Of a stretch of 64,000 bases of DNA, positions 11,006 to 21,828 are shown one piece after another (the first letter of the stretch is position 1; each line of letters starts with the position of its first letter). The stretch lies in NCBI GenBank assembly GCA_041687805.1, contig JBDNJK010000116.1, forward strand, positions 3,985-67,984, written 5' to 3'. This stretch comes from Acidimicrobiales bacterium. Lineage in GTDB: Bacteria > Actinomycetota > Acidimicrobiia > Acidimicrobiales > Aldehydirespiratoraceae. The notes under the pieces are model-generated. The model did no database searches and had not been told where the DNA came from. It was given only the letters and a program-made list of their open reading frames with translations. A program made the translations under genes and the position numbers.

Positions 11006-11912
11006 GTGCTTCTCCGATCAATTCTTCTATGTGCTGCACGCCTTGTTCTCTGCACCACTGTTGTAGTTCACCCAAGATTCGATGTGGAGCCCGAGGATCA
11101 GCGAACGTGGCTGTGCCGATTTCCACAGCAGAAGCCCCAGCGAGCAGAAACTCTACGACATCGGACCCGGTGGAGGCGCCACCCACCCCGACTATCGCCA
11201 GGTCTGGGGCCGCCTCGTGAACGTCGTAGACGGCGCGAATGGCCACAGGATGTAGCGCCGCACCCGACATCCCGCCACGTTTCGCGCCCAATACCGGACG
11301 ACGGGAGTCGATATCTATGGCCATGGCAAGAAGTGTGTTGACCAACACCACGGCTTCAGCTCCGGCATCCGCGGCTGACACAGCAATATCCGCGAGATCG
11401 GCGACGTTGGGGCTCAATTTGGCCCATCTAGGCCGATTCACCGCCGCAGTGGCAGCAACCACTTCAGCCGTGGCGGAGGCCGAGTGGGCGAACATCCGGC
11501 GCCGATCCTCGAGGTTGGGACAGCTCACGTTGACTTCCACGGCCACCACTTCAGGTGGAGCATCCGAGAGTGCCTCGGCGGCGCGGCGGTAGTCGTCGAC
11601 CGAAGATCCCCAGATGCTCGCGACCACGCGTGCCCCGGTGTCGATCAGGTCGGGAAGATCATCGGCCAACCATCGCTCTATACCAGGGCCCTGCAAGCCG
11701 ACACTGTTGATCACGCCTGCGCTCGTTGAATGGACCCGAGGCGCGGGATTCCCGGGCCACGGTTCCACCCGCAACGATTTCACCACCACAGCGCCCAACT
11801 GAGACAAATCGAAGTAGTTGGACAACTCTGCACCATGGCCGGCGGTGCCTGAGGCCGTGAGGACCGGGGCAGCAAGCGTGAGCGAACCAACCTGTGTTGT
11901 GAAGTCGGTCAT
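10998..11912 (-). CDS. pyrD: dihydroorotate dehydrogenase, family 1 (1B-like catalytic subunit)
   Basis: [36 protein letters not shown] overlap with carB. Confidence 0.93.
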   Translation of the reverse strand: MTDFTTQVGSLTLAAPVLTASGTAGHGAELSNYFDLSQLGAVVVKSLRVEPWPGNPAPRVHSTSAGVINSVGLQGPGIERWLADDLPDLIDTGARVVASIWGSSVDDYRRAAEALSDAPPEVVAVEVNVSCPNLEDRRRMFAHSASATAEVVAATAAVNRPRWAKLSPNVADLADIAVSAADAGAEAVVLVNTLLAMAIDIDSRRPVLGAKRGGMSGAALHPVAIRAVYDVHEAAPDLAIVGVGGASTGSDVVEFLLAGASAVEIGTATFADPRAPHRILGELQQWCREQGVQHIEELIGEAHG

Positions 11913-14900
11913 TTCAGATCGTCCGACGGAAGGCTCAGCTGAGCAGCGGCACCAACGCTGTGGTACTCCTGCAGGCTCGTGACCGAGAGAGGGTGCCCAG
12001 CCCAATCACGGAGACCATTTGCTGCGGCCAGTCCAGCAGCAACTGTGGTGAGCAATGGCACATTTGCAAACCCGGCGGCACGACGGATCTGGCGGCCATC
12101 GGCACGTGCACCTCTGCCCTGCGGGGAGTTGATCACCAACTGGACGTCTCCCCTTTGGATCAGTTCGACGGCATCGGTGCCACCACCTTCGGCGAGTTTG
12201 GCGACGTCTATGTCGACCACGACACCCGCATCGCGTAGAGCTGACGCGGTGCCGGTCGTGGCGGCGATCGAGAATCCGAGCGACTTGAACACCTTGGCAG
12301 CAATCACGCCGTTGGCTTTGTCGCGATCTGCGAGCGACAAGAAAATTGTGCCTGCCTGGGGCAGCCGTGTGCCCGCCGACATCTCGGCCTTCACAAATGC
12401 GATACCTCTGGTCGGTCCAAGCCCCATCACCTCGCCGGTCGATCGCATCTCCGGGCCCAACACCGCGTCGGCCTCGGGGAACCTCTTGAATGGAAGCACG
12501 GCCTCCTTGATGGCTACGTGATCGGGTTTGATCCGGTCGCGCAGCAAACCTTCCGAACGCAGCTGGGCCAAAGTTGCTCCCACCATCACCCGGCTGGCCA
12601 CCTTGGCCAGCGGCACGCCGGTGGCCTTGGCAACGAAGGGCACCGTGCGCGATGCCCTCGGGTTGGCCTCGATCACGAACACCTGGTTGGACTTCACCGC
12701 GAACTGCACATTGATGAGGCCCTTCACGTCGAGAGCCTCAGCGATACGCCGGGTGTAGTCCTCGATCACGAGTTGGGTCTCGGTGGACAGTCCGCTGGGG
12801 GGAATGATGCAAGCCGAGTCGCCGCTGTGAACGCCCGCTTCCTCGACGTGCTCCATCACCGCGCCGATCACGACATCACCGGTGGCATCACGGATCGCGT
12901 CGACATCGACTTCGATGGCCTCCTCCAGAAATCTGTCGACCAGCACCGGCCGCTCGGCCGACAGGCCGCCTTCCCTGCCGAGGGACCCGAACCCGGCAAG
13001 TTGTTTCATCGAACGACTTAGATGGTCGTCGTCGTAGACCACCTCCATGGCCCGTCCGCCCAGCACATATGACGGTCGGATTAGCGCCGGGTAGCCGATT
13101 CGAGCGGTGATGGCCAACGCTTCGTCCACCTCCAATGCGGTTCCACCCGCTGGTTGAGGGATCTCAAGCTGGGAGCAGAGGGAATTCCAGAGTTCGCGAT
13201 CTTCGGCCAGATCAATCGACGCCGGCGACGTGCCGAGCACCAATTCCGGCGGGAGACGGCCTGCAAGTTTGAGCGGCGTCTGTCCCCCAAGTGACACGAT
13301 GATCCCGACCGGCTGTTCGGCTTCGATGACGTTGCTGACATCCTCGAATGTGACCGGTTCGAAGTAGAGCCGATCGGAGGTGTCGTAGTCGGTCGACACA
13401 GTCTCCGGGTTGCAGTTGACCATCACCGTTTCGTATCCAGCAGCCCGCAAAGCAAAGCTCGCATGGACGCAGCAATAGTCGAATTCAATTCCCTGACCGA
13501 TCCGATTGGGCCCCGAACCAAGAATGATCACACGATCACGCGTACCCGGCGTGATCTCGTCGGTGTCTTCGTAGGTGGAGTAGTGGTAGGGCGTCGAAGC
13601 ATCGAATTCGGCGGCACAGGTATCGACAGTCTTGAAGGTGGTTCGTACGCCTGCCGATAGCCGAGCCTCGCGTACCTCGTCTTCGTCAACCGACCACAAG
13701 TAGGCCAACTGGGCATCGGAGAAGCCGAGCCGCTTGGCACGGCGAAGGTCGCGGGTCGACACGGTGGTCAAATCGACAGATTCCAAATGTTCTCGCTCCT
13801 CGGTGACCATCAACATCTGGTCGAGGAACCACGGGTCGACGTCGGTGGATGCATGAATCGCGTCGACCGATACCCCGCGTCGGAGCAACGCTTCGAGTTG
13901 GAACGGACGATCGGGCGTGGCGATCGATGCTGCTGCCAGCAACGCCGACTCTTCGAGGGCATCGAATTCGGCCTCGCGCGGGTCGGCGTTGAGGCCGGCT
14001 CGACCCTGTTCCAAGGAGCGAAGTGCTTTCTGCAACGACTCCGGAAAAGTGCGACCGATAGCCATGACCTCGCCCACCGATTGCATCGAAGTGCCGAGAA
14101 CACCGCTAGTGCCGGGAAACTTTTCGAAGGCCCATCGCGGAATCTTGGTGACCACGTAGTCGATCGATGGTTCGAACGAGGCCGGAGTCTTTTGGGTGAT
14201 GTCGTTGGGTATCTCGTCGAGCGTGTAGCCCACTGCCAGCTTGGCGGCAATTTTCGCGATCGGAAAGCCGGTCGCTTTGGAGGCAAGCGCTGATGACCTG
14301 CTGACTCGTGGATTCATTTCGATGATGATCTGATGCCCATCATCGGGATTGACAGCGAACTGGACGTTGGATCCGCCAGTCTCGACGCCGACCCGACGAA
14401 TACATGCGATCGCCGCGTCTCGCATCTGCTGATACTCGACATCGGAGAGTGTCTGCGCCGGAGCGACGGTGATCGAGTCTCCGGTATGAACTCCCATCGG
14501 ATCAAAATTCTCGATCGAACAAACGATCACGCAGTTGTCGTGACGGTCGCGCATCACCTCAAGCTCGAATTCTTTCCACCCGGTGATGGACTCCTCGATG
14601 AGGATCTCGTTGACCGGGCTCGCTTCGAGGCCATCGGCGGCCGCCAGCTCGAAGTCCTCAGGAGTCGAGGCGATTCCTGTGCCTAGGCCACCGAGGATGT
14701 AGGCGGGTCGCACGATCACCGGAAGCCCCACATCCGCCATCACGACACGTGCTTCTTCAATGGTGTGGGCGGTACCGGATCGCGCTACTTCGAGGCCGAT
14801 CTCCTGCATGGCGACCTTGAATTGCTCCCGGTCCTCGGCGGTGGCAATGGCGGTGGCATCGGCACCGATCAGCTCGACCCCGTTGGTCAGAAGAACTCCA

Positions 14901-15214
14901 GCCTCGTGGAGTTCCATGGCGAGGTTGAGCCCGGTCTGGCCACCAAGGGTCGGAAGCACTGCGTCGGGGCGTTCCTTCTCAATGATCTTGGTGAGAATGG
15001 CGAGGTCGAGCGGCTCGATATAGGTGGCGTCAGCGAAATCCGGATCGGTCATGATCGTCGCCGGATTGGAGTTGGCCAGAATCACCCGGAAGCCCTCGTC
15101 TTTGAGAACTCGGCATGCCTGGGTGCCCGAATAGTCGAACTCACACGCCTGGCCGATGACGATCGGGCCGGAGCCGATGATGAGAATCGACTGGATATCG
15201 GTGCGGCGTGGCAT
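11909..15214 (-). CDS. carB: carbamoyl-phosphate synthase large subunit
   Basis: [28 protein letters not shown], duplicated ATP-grasp halves, 1101 aa. Confidence 0.99.
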   Translation of the reverse strand: MPRRTDIQSILIIGSGPIVIGQACEFDYSGTQACRVLKDEGFRVILANSNPATIMTDPDFADATYIEPLDLAILTKIIEKERPDAVLPTLGGQTGLNLAMELHEAGVLLTNGVELIGADATAIATAEDREQFKVAMQEIGLEVARSGTAHTIEEARVVMADVGLPVIVRPAYILGGLGTGIASTPEDFELAAADGLEASPVNEILIEESITGWKEFELEVMRDRHDNCVIVCSIENFDPMGVHTGDSITVAPAQTLSDVEYQQMRDAAIACIRRVGVETGGSNVQFAVNPDDGHQIIIEMNPRVSRSSALASKATGFPIAKIAAKLAVGYTLDEIPNDITQKTPASFEPSIDYVVTKIPRWAFEKFPGTSGVLGTSMQSVGEVMAIGRTFPESLQKALRSLEQGRAGLNADPREAEFDALEESALLAAASIATPDRPFQLEALLRRGVSVDAIHASTDVDPWFLDQMLMVTEEREHLESVDLTTVSTRDLRRAKRLGFSDAQLAYLWSVDEDEVREARLSAGVRTTFKTVDTCAAEFDASTPYHYSTYEDTDEITPGTRDRVIILGSGPNRIGQGIEFDYCCVHASFALRAAGYETVMVNCNPETVSTDYDTSDRLYFEPVTFEDVSNVIEAEQPVGIIVSLGGQTPLKLAGRLPPELVLGTSPASIDLAEDRELWNSLCSQLEIPQPAGGTALEVDEALAITARIGYPALIRPSYVLGGRAMEVVYDDDHLSRSMKQLAGFGSLGREGGLSAERPVLVDRFLEEAIEVDVDAIRDATGDVVIGAVMEHVEEAGVHSGDSACIIPPSGLSTETQLVIEDYTRRIAEALDVKGLINVQFAVKSNQVFVIEANPRASRTVPFVAKATGVPLAKVASRVMVGATLAQLRSEGLLRDRIKPDHVAIKEAVLPFKRFPEADAVLGPEMRSTGEVMGLGPTRGIAFVKAEMSAGTRLPQAGTIFLSLADRDKANGVIAAKVFKSLGFSIAATTGTASALRDAGVVVDIDVAKLAEGGGTDAVELIQRGDVQLVINSPQGRGARADGRQIRRAAGFANVPLLTTVAAGLAAANGLRDWAGHPLSVTSLQEYHSVGAAAQLSLPSDDLK

Positions 15215-16296
15215 CAGCTGACCGAATCCATGAGCCGAGCGAATTCGTCGAAAAGGTAGAACGAGTCATGGGGCCCCGGGCCTGCCTCAGGGTGATATTG
15301 CACGCTGAATGCCGGAATGTCGTTGGCCACCATCCCTTCGAGAACACCATCGTTGAGGCAAACATGGGTTTCCGTGACTCCGGGGACGGAACCGGCTTCC
15401 ACCGCGAAGTTGTGATTCTGGCTGGTGATCTCGACTCGACCCGTGCGGCTGTCTCGAACTGGCACGTTTCCGCCGTGGTGACCGAACTTCATCTTGAACG
15501 TGCGTCCACCCATGGCAAGCGACAGGATCTGATGTCCGAGACAGATTCCGAAAATCGGCACCTTGCCCAGAAGGGCCGGAAGCTCGGTCACGATCGTTCC
15601 AGCGTGTTCTGGATCGCCCGGTCCATTCGACAAAAACACGCCATCGGGCTGCAACTCAAGCACCTCGGCGGCGGTGGTGTCTGCCGGAACGACGATCACG
15701 GTGGCGATCTCCGCGAGGTGACGCAACATTGTGGCCTTCACACCCAGATCGAATGCCACGACCCGGCGATTGCCAGACCCGATTGTGTACGACTCTCGCG
15801 TGGTGACCAGCCCGACGAGGTCCTGGCCTGAGGTTCCAGGATCCGCTATCGCCGCCGAACGCAGTGTCGACGCGTCCGCCGAGCCGAATCCACCGACCAT
15901 TACACCCGACTCCCTCAGATGTCGGGTGAGGCGGCGAGTGTCGATTCCACCGATGCCGGCCACCCCGTTGCGACGAAGGAATGAATCAAGATCCGAGTCG
16001 CTTCGCCAATTGCTTCGACGGCGCGCCATTTGTCGGACGATCACGCCACGGCAGAATGGCCGAACTGCTTCGTTGTCTGCCACGGTCGTGCCGTAGTTCC
16101 CGATGTGGGGGTTGGTGAATGTGACCATCTGGCCTGCATACGACGGATCGGTGATCACTTCCTGATAGCCGGTGAGCATGGTGTTGAACACAACCTCACC
16201 GGTGGCGACTCCTCCTGAAGGTTGAGCTCCGAATCCCTCGCCCTCGAATACCTCACCATCGGCAAGCACCAATTGGCACTCCCTGATATTGCTCAC
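15214..16296 (-). CDS. carA: carbamoyl-phosphate synthase small subunit
   Basis: [38 protein letters not shown]. Confidence 0.98.
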   Translation of the reverse strand: MSNIRECQLVLADGEVFEGEGFGAQPSGGVATGEVVFNTMLTGYQEVITDPSYAGQMVTFTNPHIGNYGTTVADNEAVRPFCRGVIVRQMARRRSNWRSDSDLDSFLRRNGVAGIGGIDTRRLTRHLRESGVMVGGFGSADASTLRSAAIADPGTSGQDLVGLVTTRESYTIGSGNRRVVAFDLGVKATMLRHLAEIATVIVVPADTTAAEVLELQPDGVFLSNGPGDPEHAGTIVTELPALLGKVPIFGICLGHQILSLAMGGRTFKMKFGHHGGNVPVRDSRTGRVEITSQNHNFAVEAGSVPGVTETHVCLNDGVLEGMVANDIPAFSVQYHPEAGPGPHDSFYLFDEFARLMDSVS

Positions 16297-17594
16297 CGCC
16301 GAGGCTCTCCATCGACGACAACCGGCAGGCCCCGCAAAAGCGTGTGACGCACTTTTCCTCGCACCCGGCGCCCCTCATATGGGGTGTTGGCGCTTCGACT
16401 CGCCATTTCCGATGCAGAAACCGTCCAGGCGAAATCAGGGTCGATCACCGCGATGTTGGCGGATCCACCGGCAACTATTGGTCCACCGTGCGCCGGGTCG
16501 AGCCCAGCAATCGCGGCCGGATTCCACGACATCAACGCCAACACTTCTTCGATCGGCAGATCGAGTTCGGTATTGGCAAGAGCAAAGGCGGTCTCCAAAC
16601 CCAACATGCCCGGAGGTGCGTCGGCGAAAGTGCGGTCCTTGTCTTCCGCTGTATGCGGAGCATGATCGGTGGCGATCGCATCAATTGTGCCGTCGGCAAG
16701 CCCCGCCTTGATCGCCGCGATGTCTTCGTCGGTTCTCAGCGGCGGATGCACCTTGAACACCGGGTCGAAGGAGGCGCACGACTCCTCGGTGAGGGTGAAG
16801 TGGTGGGTTGTCGCCTCGGCTGTGACAGCAAGGCCGGCCTGTTTGGCCGCCCTCACCATCGCCACCGAACCCGCGGTCGACAGGTGCTGAAAGTGGATAC
16901 GGGCTGATGTGAGACGACTGAGAGCAATGTCGCGCATCACCATGAGTTCTTCGGCCTCGGCGGGCTGGCCCGGGATTCCGAGACTGCTCGACCAGCGCCC
17001 CTCATTCATGTGGCCGCCGTCGCTGAGCGCCGACACCTCACAATGCTGGGCCAAAACGATCGGTCGGCCACCAGACAGATGGCTGAGAGAACTCGCGTAT
17101 TCAAGAGCGGTCCGCATCAGGCTCACATTCTGCACGCCCGTGCCGTCGTCGGTGAATATTCGCACCCCGGCCTTGACCATCTCAGCCATCGGAGCCAACG
17201 CGTTGCCCTTGCGACCGACTGTGATCGCTCCGGCGGTGCGAACGTCGCACGCCGTCGAGCGTCCGAGCGCAATCACCTCATTGACCATCGCTGCGGTGTC
17301 GATCACAGGAGTGGTGTTGGGCATCGCGAGGATCGCGGTGAATCCGCCCAGTGCCGCGCCACGTGCCCCCGATTCCACCGTCTCAGCTTCCTCCCGGCCT
17401 GGTTCTCGCAGATGAACGTGGAGGTCGACCAGCCCCGGACTCACAACGCATCCAGAGGCGTCAAGCGCCTCATCTGCTGTCAGATCAGGACCGACGTCGA
17501 CGATGAGACCCCCGGAGTTGACGACCACATCGGCATGTCGGCTGCCGTTCTGGTCGATGACGGTGCCGCCCTTGAGGACAATTGTTGTGCTCAT
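16293..17594 (-). CDS. pyrC: dihydroorotase
   Basis: DLHVHLREPG, MPNT, FTDDG, ATDHAPH; ATGA overlap with pyrB. Confidence 0.95.
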   Translation of the reverse strand: MSTTIVLKGGTVIDQNGSRHADVVVNSGGLIVDVGPDLTADEALDASGCVVSPGLVDLHVHLREPGREEAETVESGARGAALGGFTAILAMPNTTPVIDTAAMVNEVIALGRSTACDVRTAGAITVGRKGNALAPMAEMVKAGVRIFTDDGTGVQNVSLMRTALEYASSLSHLSGGRPIVLAQHCEVSALSDGGHMNEGRWSSSLGIPGQPAEAEELMVMRDIALSRLTSARIHFQHLSTAGSVAMVRAAKQAGLAVTAEATTHHFTLTEESCASFDPVFKVHPPLRTDEDIAAIKAGLADGTIDAIATDHAPHTAEDKDRTFADAPPGMLGLETAFALANTELDLPIEEVLALMSWNPAAIAGLDPAHGGPIVAGGSANIAVIDPDFAWTVSASEMASRSANTPYEGRRVRGKVRHTLLRGLPVVVDGEPRR

Positions 17595-18544
17595 GCCACT
17601 GCCAGCCTCTCGTCTACGAGGTCGAGCCCCGAACCCAACAAGACGTAGAGAACCGCCATTCGCACCGCTACACCGTTGGCTACTTGTTCGACCATCAGTG
17701 CGTTGGGCCAATCGGCCACTGCGCCGTCGATCTCCACACCTCGGTTCATTGGTCCGGGATGCATGATCAACGCGTGTTCGGGTAACCGCCGGGCACGGTT
17801 GACGTCGAGTCCCCATTCGGTGTGGAACTCACGCAATGTCGGCACGTATGTCTGCCCCTGGCGTTCGAGCTGCATTCGCAGCAGGTAGCAGATATCGGCT
17901 GATTCGATCACCGAATCGAGATCGTGAGTGACCTCGACCGGCCAGCCATCCAGATCGGGTGGGAGAAGCGTGCGAGGCGAAACCAGCGTGACGTTCGCGC
18001 CCATCTCGGTGAAGCCGAGAACATTGGATCTGGCAACCCGCGAGTGTTTGATATCCCCCACGATCACGACGTGTCGACCGTCGAGGTCGCCCAAGTGGGT
18101 GCGAGCGGTGTAGAGGTCGAGCAGAGCCTGAGTCGGATGTTGATTCCAACCGTCTCCGGCATTGATCACCGCAGCATCCACCCATCGGGCGATGCGATTG
18201 GGTGCGCCGGCATCGCTGTGTCGGACGACCACACCATCAATGCCCATCGCCTCGATGGTGTTGACAGTGTCACGAAGTGACTCACCCTTCTTGACCGACG
18301 ACGTGCTGACACTGAAGTTCATGGTGTCGGCCGAAAGCCGCTTGGCTGCGGTCTCGAACGAAAGACGTGTGCGCGTTGAATCTTCGTAGAAGAGCCACGC
18401 GATGGTCTTGCCGCGAAGCGCTGGAACCTTCGGAATCGTGCGCTCCCCCACTTCTGCAAACAATGCGGTGAGATCGAGAATGTGTTCGATGGCGGTGCGA
18501 TCGAGGTCGGCTATCGACAGGAGATTTCTCACTGGGTCGGTCAT
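17591..18544 (-). CDS. pyrB: aspartate carbamoyltransferase catalytic subunit
   Basis: EDSTRTRLSFE, NAGDG..QHPTQ, MHPGPMNRGVEI. Confidence 0.98.
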   Translation of the reverse strand: MTDPVRNLLSIADLDRTAIEHILDLTALFAEVGERTIPKVPALRGKTIAWLFYEDSTRTRLSFETAAKRLSADTMNFSVSTSSVKKGESLRDTVNTIEAMGIDGVVVRHSDAGAPNRIARWVDAAVINAGDGWNQHPTQALLDLYTARTHLGDLDGRHVVIVGDIKHSRVARSNVLGFTEMGANVTLVSPRTLLPPDLDGWPVEVTHDLDSVIESADICYLLRMQLERQGQTYVPTLREFHTEWGLDVNRARRLPEHALIMHPGPMNRGVEIDGAVADWPNALMVEQVANGVAVRMAVLYVLLGSGLDLVDERLAVA

Positions 18545-19080
18545 GACAGTTCTCCAAGATCGACGCCGTCACTGTGAACATCGACGATCTCGTTGCGCCG
18601 CGTCGGAAGATTCTTACCCACGAAATCCGGCCTTATCGGCAACTCTCGATGGCCCCGATCGACCATCACCGCCAACTGCACTGCCGCGGGGCGGCCGTAT
18701 GTGTGGATGGCATCGAGGGCAGCTCGAACGGTGCGCCCCGTGTAGAGCACATCATCGACCAACACGATTACCTTCCCGGTCGGGTCGACTGGAATGTCGG
18801 TGACTGCTTCGGGCATCACCGGCTTCATGCCGTAGTCGTCTCGGTGCATCGTGGCGTCGAGAGTGCCCACCGGCACATTGAAGCCTTCGATGGCCGACAC
18901 CGCTTCACCGAGTCGTTTCGCTAGTTCGTCACCACCGGTTTGCAAACCGATGAGCACCAGATTGTCGGCTCCGGAATTGCGTTCGATGATTTCGTGGGCC
19001 ATTCGCTTGATAGCCCGATCCAGATCCTCGGCTGACATCACCCGGGTGCTGGCTTGGAACGTGCCATCCGCTTGTGGCAC
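18541..19080 (-). CDS. pyrR: pyr operon regulator / uracil phosphoribosyltransferase PyrR (GTG 19080 preferred; ATG 19107 alternative)
   Basis: RMAHEIIERN, VLVDDVLYTGRT, VDRGHRELPIRPDFVGKN; GAGAGG 9 nt upstream of GTG. Confidence 0.95.
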   Translation of the reverse strand: MPQADGTFQASTRVMSAEDLDRAIKRMAHEIIERNSGADNLVLIGLQTGGDELAKRLGEAVSAIEGFNVPVGTLDATMHRDDYGMKPVMPEAVTDIPVDPTGKVIVLVDDVLYTGRTVRAALDAIHTYGRPAAVQLAVMVDRGHRELPIRPDFVGKNLPTRRNEIVDVHSDGVDLGELS

Positions 19081-19123
19081 GACTGAGCGCCTCTCGCGCT
19101 TTCCCATAATTTCTCTCTTTCGT

Positions 19124-19154
19124 CCGTACGGGCCTCTCTGAACCCATTTCACGG
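19124..19154 (-). promoter_or_regulatory. PyrR-binding RNA stem-loop in pyr operon leader
   Basis: Minus strand CCGU-GAA-AUGGGUU-CAGAGA-GGCCCGU-ACGG: CAGAGA hexaloop followed by GGY, upper stem, purine bulge and lower stem. Confidence 0.75.
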
Positions 19155-19164
19155 TCGAGATCGA

Positions 19165-19173
19165 AAGATAGCA
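19165..19173 (-). promoter_or_regulatory. extended -10 element of pyr operon promoter
   Basis: TGCTATCTT ending 10 nt upstream of the PyrR hairpin. Confidence 0.5.
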
Positions 19174-19206
19174 GAATCGCGGGACCCCTTCGGGCCGCTT
19201 TGGTCA

Positions 19207-19734
19207 TTAATCGCGTAATCTCACGAATATTTTCAACCCACCGTTGGGAGCATCCCCCGCATATCGAAATCCGGCCCTTTCAGCAACACGAATCGACGCG
19301 TGGTTGTCAGGCGAAATCTCCGCTATGAGACTCCGTAGCCGGCCCGGTTGGAGAGCCCAGTCGGCCATTGCCGAGACGCCATCGGTGCAGATGTGACGGC
19401 CGCGGTCGGCCTCGGCCACCCACCATCCGATCATGGCAGCTCGCCGCTCCACCGCGATTTTGGCCAAGCCCACCTCGCCCATCACATGGTCGTCGCAAGG
19501 ATCGGCCAACGCCATGTCGAGAGCCAACAAACGATCGGCACGTAGGTGGACGCCCTCGATCCACTTTTCTGCCGCCTCGATACTCGGATCCGTTGGAGGA
19601 ATAGACCCCGCGATCACCGCAGGATCCGACCAGGCAGCAGACAGAGCCTCGGCGTCTTTGCGCTCCCACGACCGCAGGATCACAGTAGGGCCGGTCAGCA
19701 GCGGAGGCCCTAGAACGAGTCGATCGAGCCCCAA
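19207..19734 (-). CDS. GNAT acetyltransferase (RimJ/RimL family), start uncertain
   Basis: LRSW..D, IGWWV...RGR, N.ASIRVAERAGF. Confidence 0.85.
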   Translation of the reverse strand: MGLDRLVLGPPLLTGPTVILRSWERKDAEALSAAWSDPAVIAGSIPPTDPSIEAAEKWIEGVHLRADRLLALDMALADPCDDHVMGEVGLAKIAVERRAAMIGWWVAEADRGRHICTDGVSAMADWALQPGRLRSLIAEISPDNHASIRVAERAGFRYAGDAPNGGLKIFVRLRD

Positions 19735-19740
19735 GGTAGG

Positions 19741-20154
19741 TCAGGCCTCGCGGACCTCGTTGGCAACGGCCCTCAGCAACCCGTTGAGAAACCTCGGCGA
19801 CTCCTCGCTCGAATACTGCGTGGCGAGTTCCACCGCCTCGAAGAGAATCACACCCGTGGGCACGTCGTCGCTGTTGAGGAGTTCCCAAGTGGCCATCGAC
19901 GCGATGATCCGGTCGACCGGAGCCATCCTGGAAATGACCCACCCTTTGAGATTGGCCGAAATGAGGCCCTCTATCTCAGCTCTGGAAGCATCAACGCCTG
20001 ACGACATTTCGATGGCGTAGGCATCGGGCTTGATCATGCGGCCCGCAAGGCTGGTCGACACGTCGGTCGACGACATGGCCGACTCGTATAGAACGGCTAG
20101 AGCTTCCTCTCGGGCCTCGCGGCGTCGGCCCAAGCCTGGTACGGATGCGGTCAC
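19741..20154 (-). CDS. nusB: transcription antitermination factor NusB
   Basis: RREARE.A..LY, RMAPVDR, EAVELA..Y, FLNGLL. Confidence 0.95.
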   Translation of the reverse strand: MTASVPGLGRRREAREEALAVLYESAMSSTDVSTSLAGRMIKPDAYAIEMSSGVDASRAEIEGLISANLKGWVISRMAPVDRIIASMATWELLNSDDVPTGVILFEAVELATQYSSEESPRFLNGLLRAVANEVREA

Positions 20155-20714
20155 GCGCGACTGAGGTATGAGCCGGTACGGGTGTCGACCTTGACCCGCT
20201 CGCCGGGGTTGACAAACAGCGGCACTTGCACGACCAAACCGGTCTCCAAGGTGGCCGGCTTGGTGCCGCCCGAGACCCGATCGCCTTGAAGGCCAGGCTC
20301 TGTTTCAGCGATGTCAAGCTCAACCGAAGCAGCCAAGTCGGTGCCCACGATCTCGGATCCGAACATGAGAAGGACAGCGGAGGAATTTTCGACGATGTAG
20401 TTGGCGGCATCTCCCAGCACCTCGGGAGCGACCAGGATCTGGTCAAACGACTCGTTGTCCATGAAGACGTAGTCGGTGCCGTCGCGATAGAGAAATTGCA
20501 TGTCGCGCTTGTCGATCGTGGCTCGTTCGACTTTTTCGCCGGCACGGAATGTGCGATCGATGACGGCTCCCGTCCTGGCATTCTTCAGAGTCGTGCGCAC
20601 GAACGCATGGCCTTTGCCGGGCTTCACATGTTGGAAATCAACCACCTGAAACAGCCCACCCTCGAGATCAAGGGCCATGCCGTTCTTCAGATCGTTGGTG
20701 GTGACTAGGGCCAT
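20151..20714 (-). CDS. efp: elongation factor P
   Basis: FQHVKPGKGHAFVRT, QFLY.DG, TKPATLETG, VPLF; GGAG upstream of ATG. Confidence 0.98.
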   Translation of the reverse strand: MALVTTNDLKNGMALDLEGGLFQVVDFQHVKPGKGHAFVRTTLKNARTGAVIDRTFRAGEKVERATIDKRDMQFLYRDGTDYVFMDNESFDQILVAPEVLGDAANYIVENSSAVLLMFGSEIVGTDLAASVELDIAETEPGLQGDRVSGGTKPATLETGLVVQVPLFVNPGERVKVDTRTGSYLSRA

Positions 20715-20727
20715 TTCGACTCCGTAC

Positions 20728-21828
20728 TCATGGTGTTGGATTCTTTGGAAATCGGGTGAGGCTCCGAGATCCTTTGCTGGTGACCACAACGGTGTCTTCG
20801 ATCCGGACGCCGCCGAACCCCGCTATGTAGATACCAGGCTCGACCGTCAGGACGTTGCCCGGCTGGAGGATATCGGCGTTGCCCTTCGTGACCGCCGGTA
20901 GTTCATGGATGTCGAGTCCAACGCCGTGGCCGGTGCCGTGCCCGAACTGCTCTCCATAGCCGGCTTCGTCGATGATCTCTCGGCAGGCGCGGTCTACATC
21001 ACCCGCGTTGACGTCGGGGCCGACTCGATTGACCCCGGCAGATTGAGCGCACGTCACCAGGTCGAGGATCTCCTGGGCCTGGGCTGAAGCGGGCAATCCG
21101 CCCACAACGAACGTGCGAGTCATGTCGCTTCTATATCCATCGACGAGAGCGCCGGCATCGATAATCAACAGGTCGCCGCCGCGTAGTAGACGACTGCCGG
21201 GAGTGGCGTGGGGCATTGCCGAATGATCGCCGGAGGCCACGATCGTGTCGTAGGCCGGACCGTCGGCGCCACGACGGCGCATTCCGTCGTCGATTGCCAG
21301 CGACACTTCTCGCTCGCTGATGCCAGGCTCGATCATGTCGACGGCGTCGGCAAGTGATTGGTCGACAATTTCTGCTGCGGCCTCGATACGAGCAATTTCG
21401 GGCTGGCTCTTCACGCTCCTGAGGGTGAGAACGATTCGTGTCGTCGCGACCAGTGGGTTAACGAGCGCGCCGCTCCACGATTGTTGATCGGACCAAGTCA
21501 CCGACTCGGCCTCCAGCCCGACCCGATGCACTCCCGTGAGGTGAGCTGCGGCCGACGGAATGCTGCGCTGTGAAATCTCGATCGAAACGTCACAATCTGC
21601 CCGATCGAGTTGCGCCGGGGCCTGATCTCGGTAGCGACTGTCGGTTATGAGGACAGCGTTTGACGGGTCGACAACCAACACGCCTGATGACCCGGTGAAC
21701 CCGGTGCACCAGCGGATGTTGGACCGGTCGGTGATCACGAGCGCATCGCAACTCGCCGCATCAAGCCGGCCTCTCACCATGTCGATACGACCAGCCACCG
21801 ACAGCGGCGAAAGATCATTGACGTTCAC
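20728..21828 (-). CDS. Xaa-Pro aminopeptidase (M24 family)
   Basis: TGFTGSSG, TDSRY, YRSDMTRT, HGTGHGVGLDIHE, TVEPGIY, GVRIED; GTGA overlap with aroQ. Confidence 0.95.
   Translation of the reverse strand: MNVNDLSPLSVAGRIDMVRGRLDAASCDALVITDRSNIRWCTGFTGSSGVLVVDPSNAVLITDSRYRDQAPAQLDRADCDVSIEISQRSIPSAAAHLTGVHRVGLEAESVTWSDQQSWSGALVNPLVATTRIVLTLRSVKSQPEIARIEAAAEIVDQSLADAVDMIEPGISEREVSLAIDDGMRRRGADGPAYDTIVASGDHSAMPHATPGSRLLRGGDLLIIDAGALVDGYRSDMTRTFVVGGLPASAQAQEILDLVTCAQSAGVNRVGPDVNAGDVDRACREIIDEAGYGEQFGHGTGHGVGLDIHELPAVTKGNADILQPGNVLTVEPGIYIAGFGGVRIEDTVVVTSKGSRSLTRFPKNPTP

Noticed and set aside
9977..11341. 454-aa plus-strand ORF across mihF, pyrF and pyrD
   Set aside because: Overlaps three real genes on the opposite strand and has no family features
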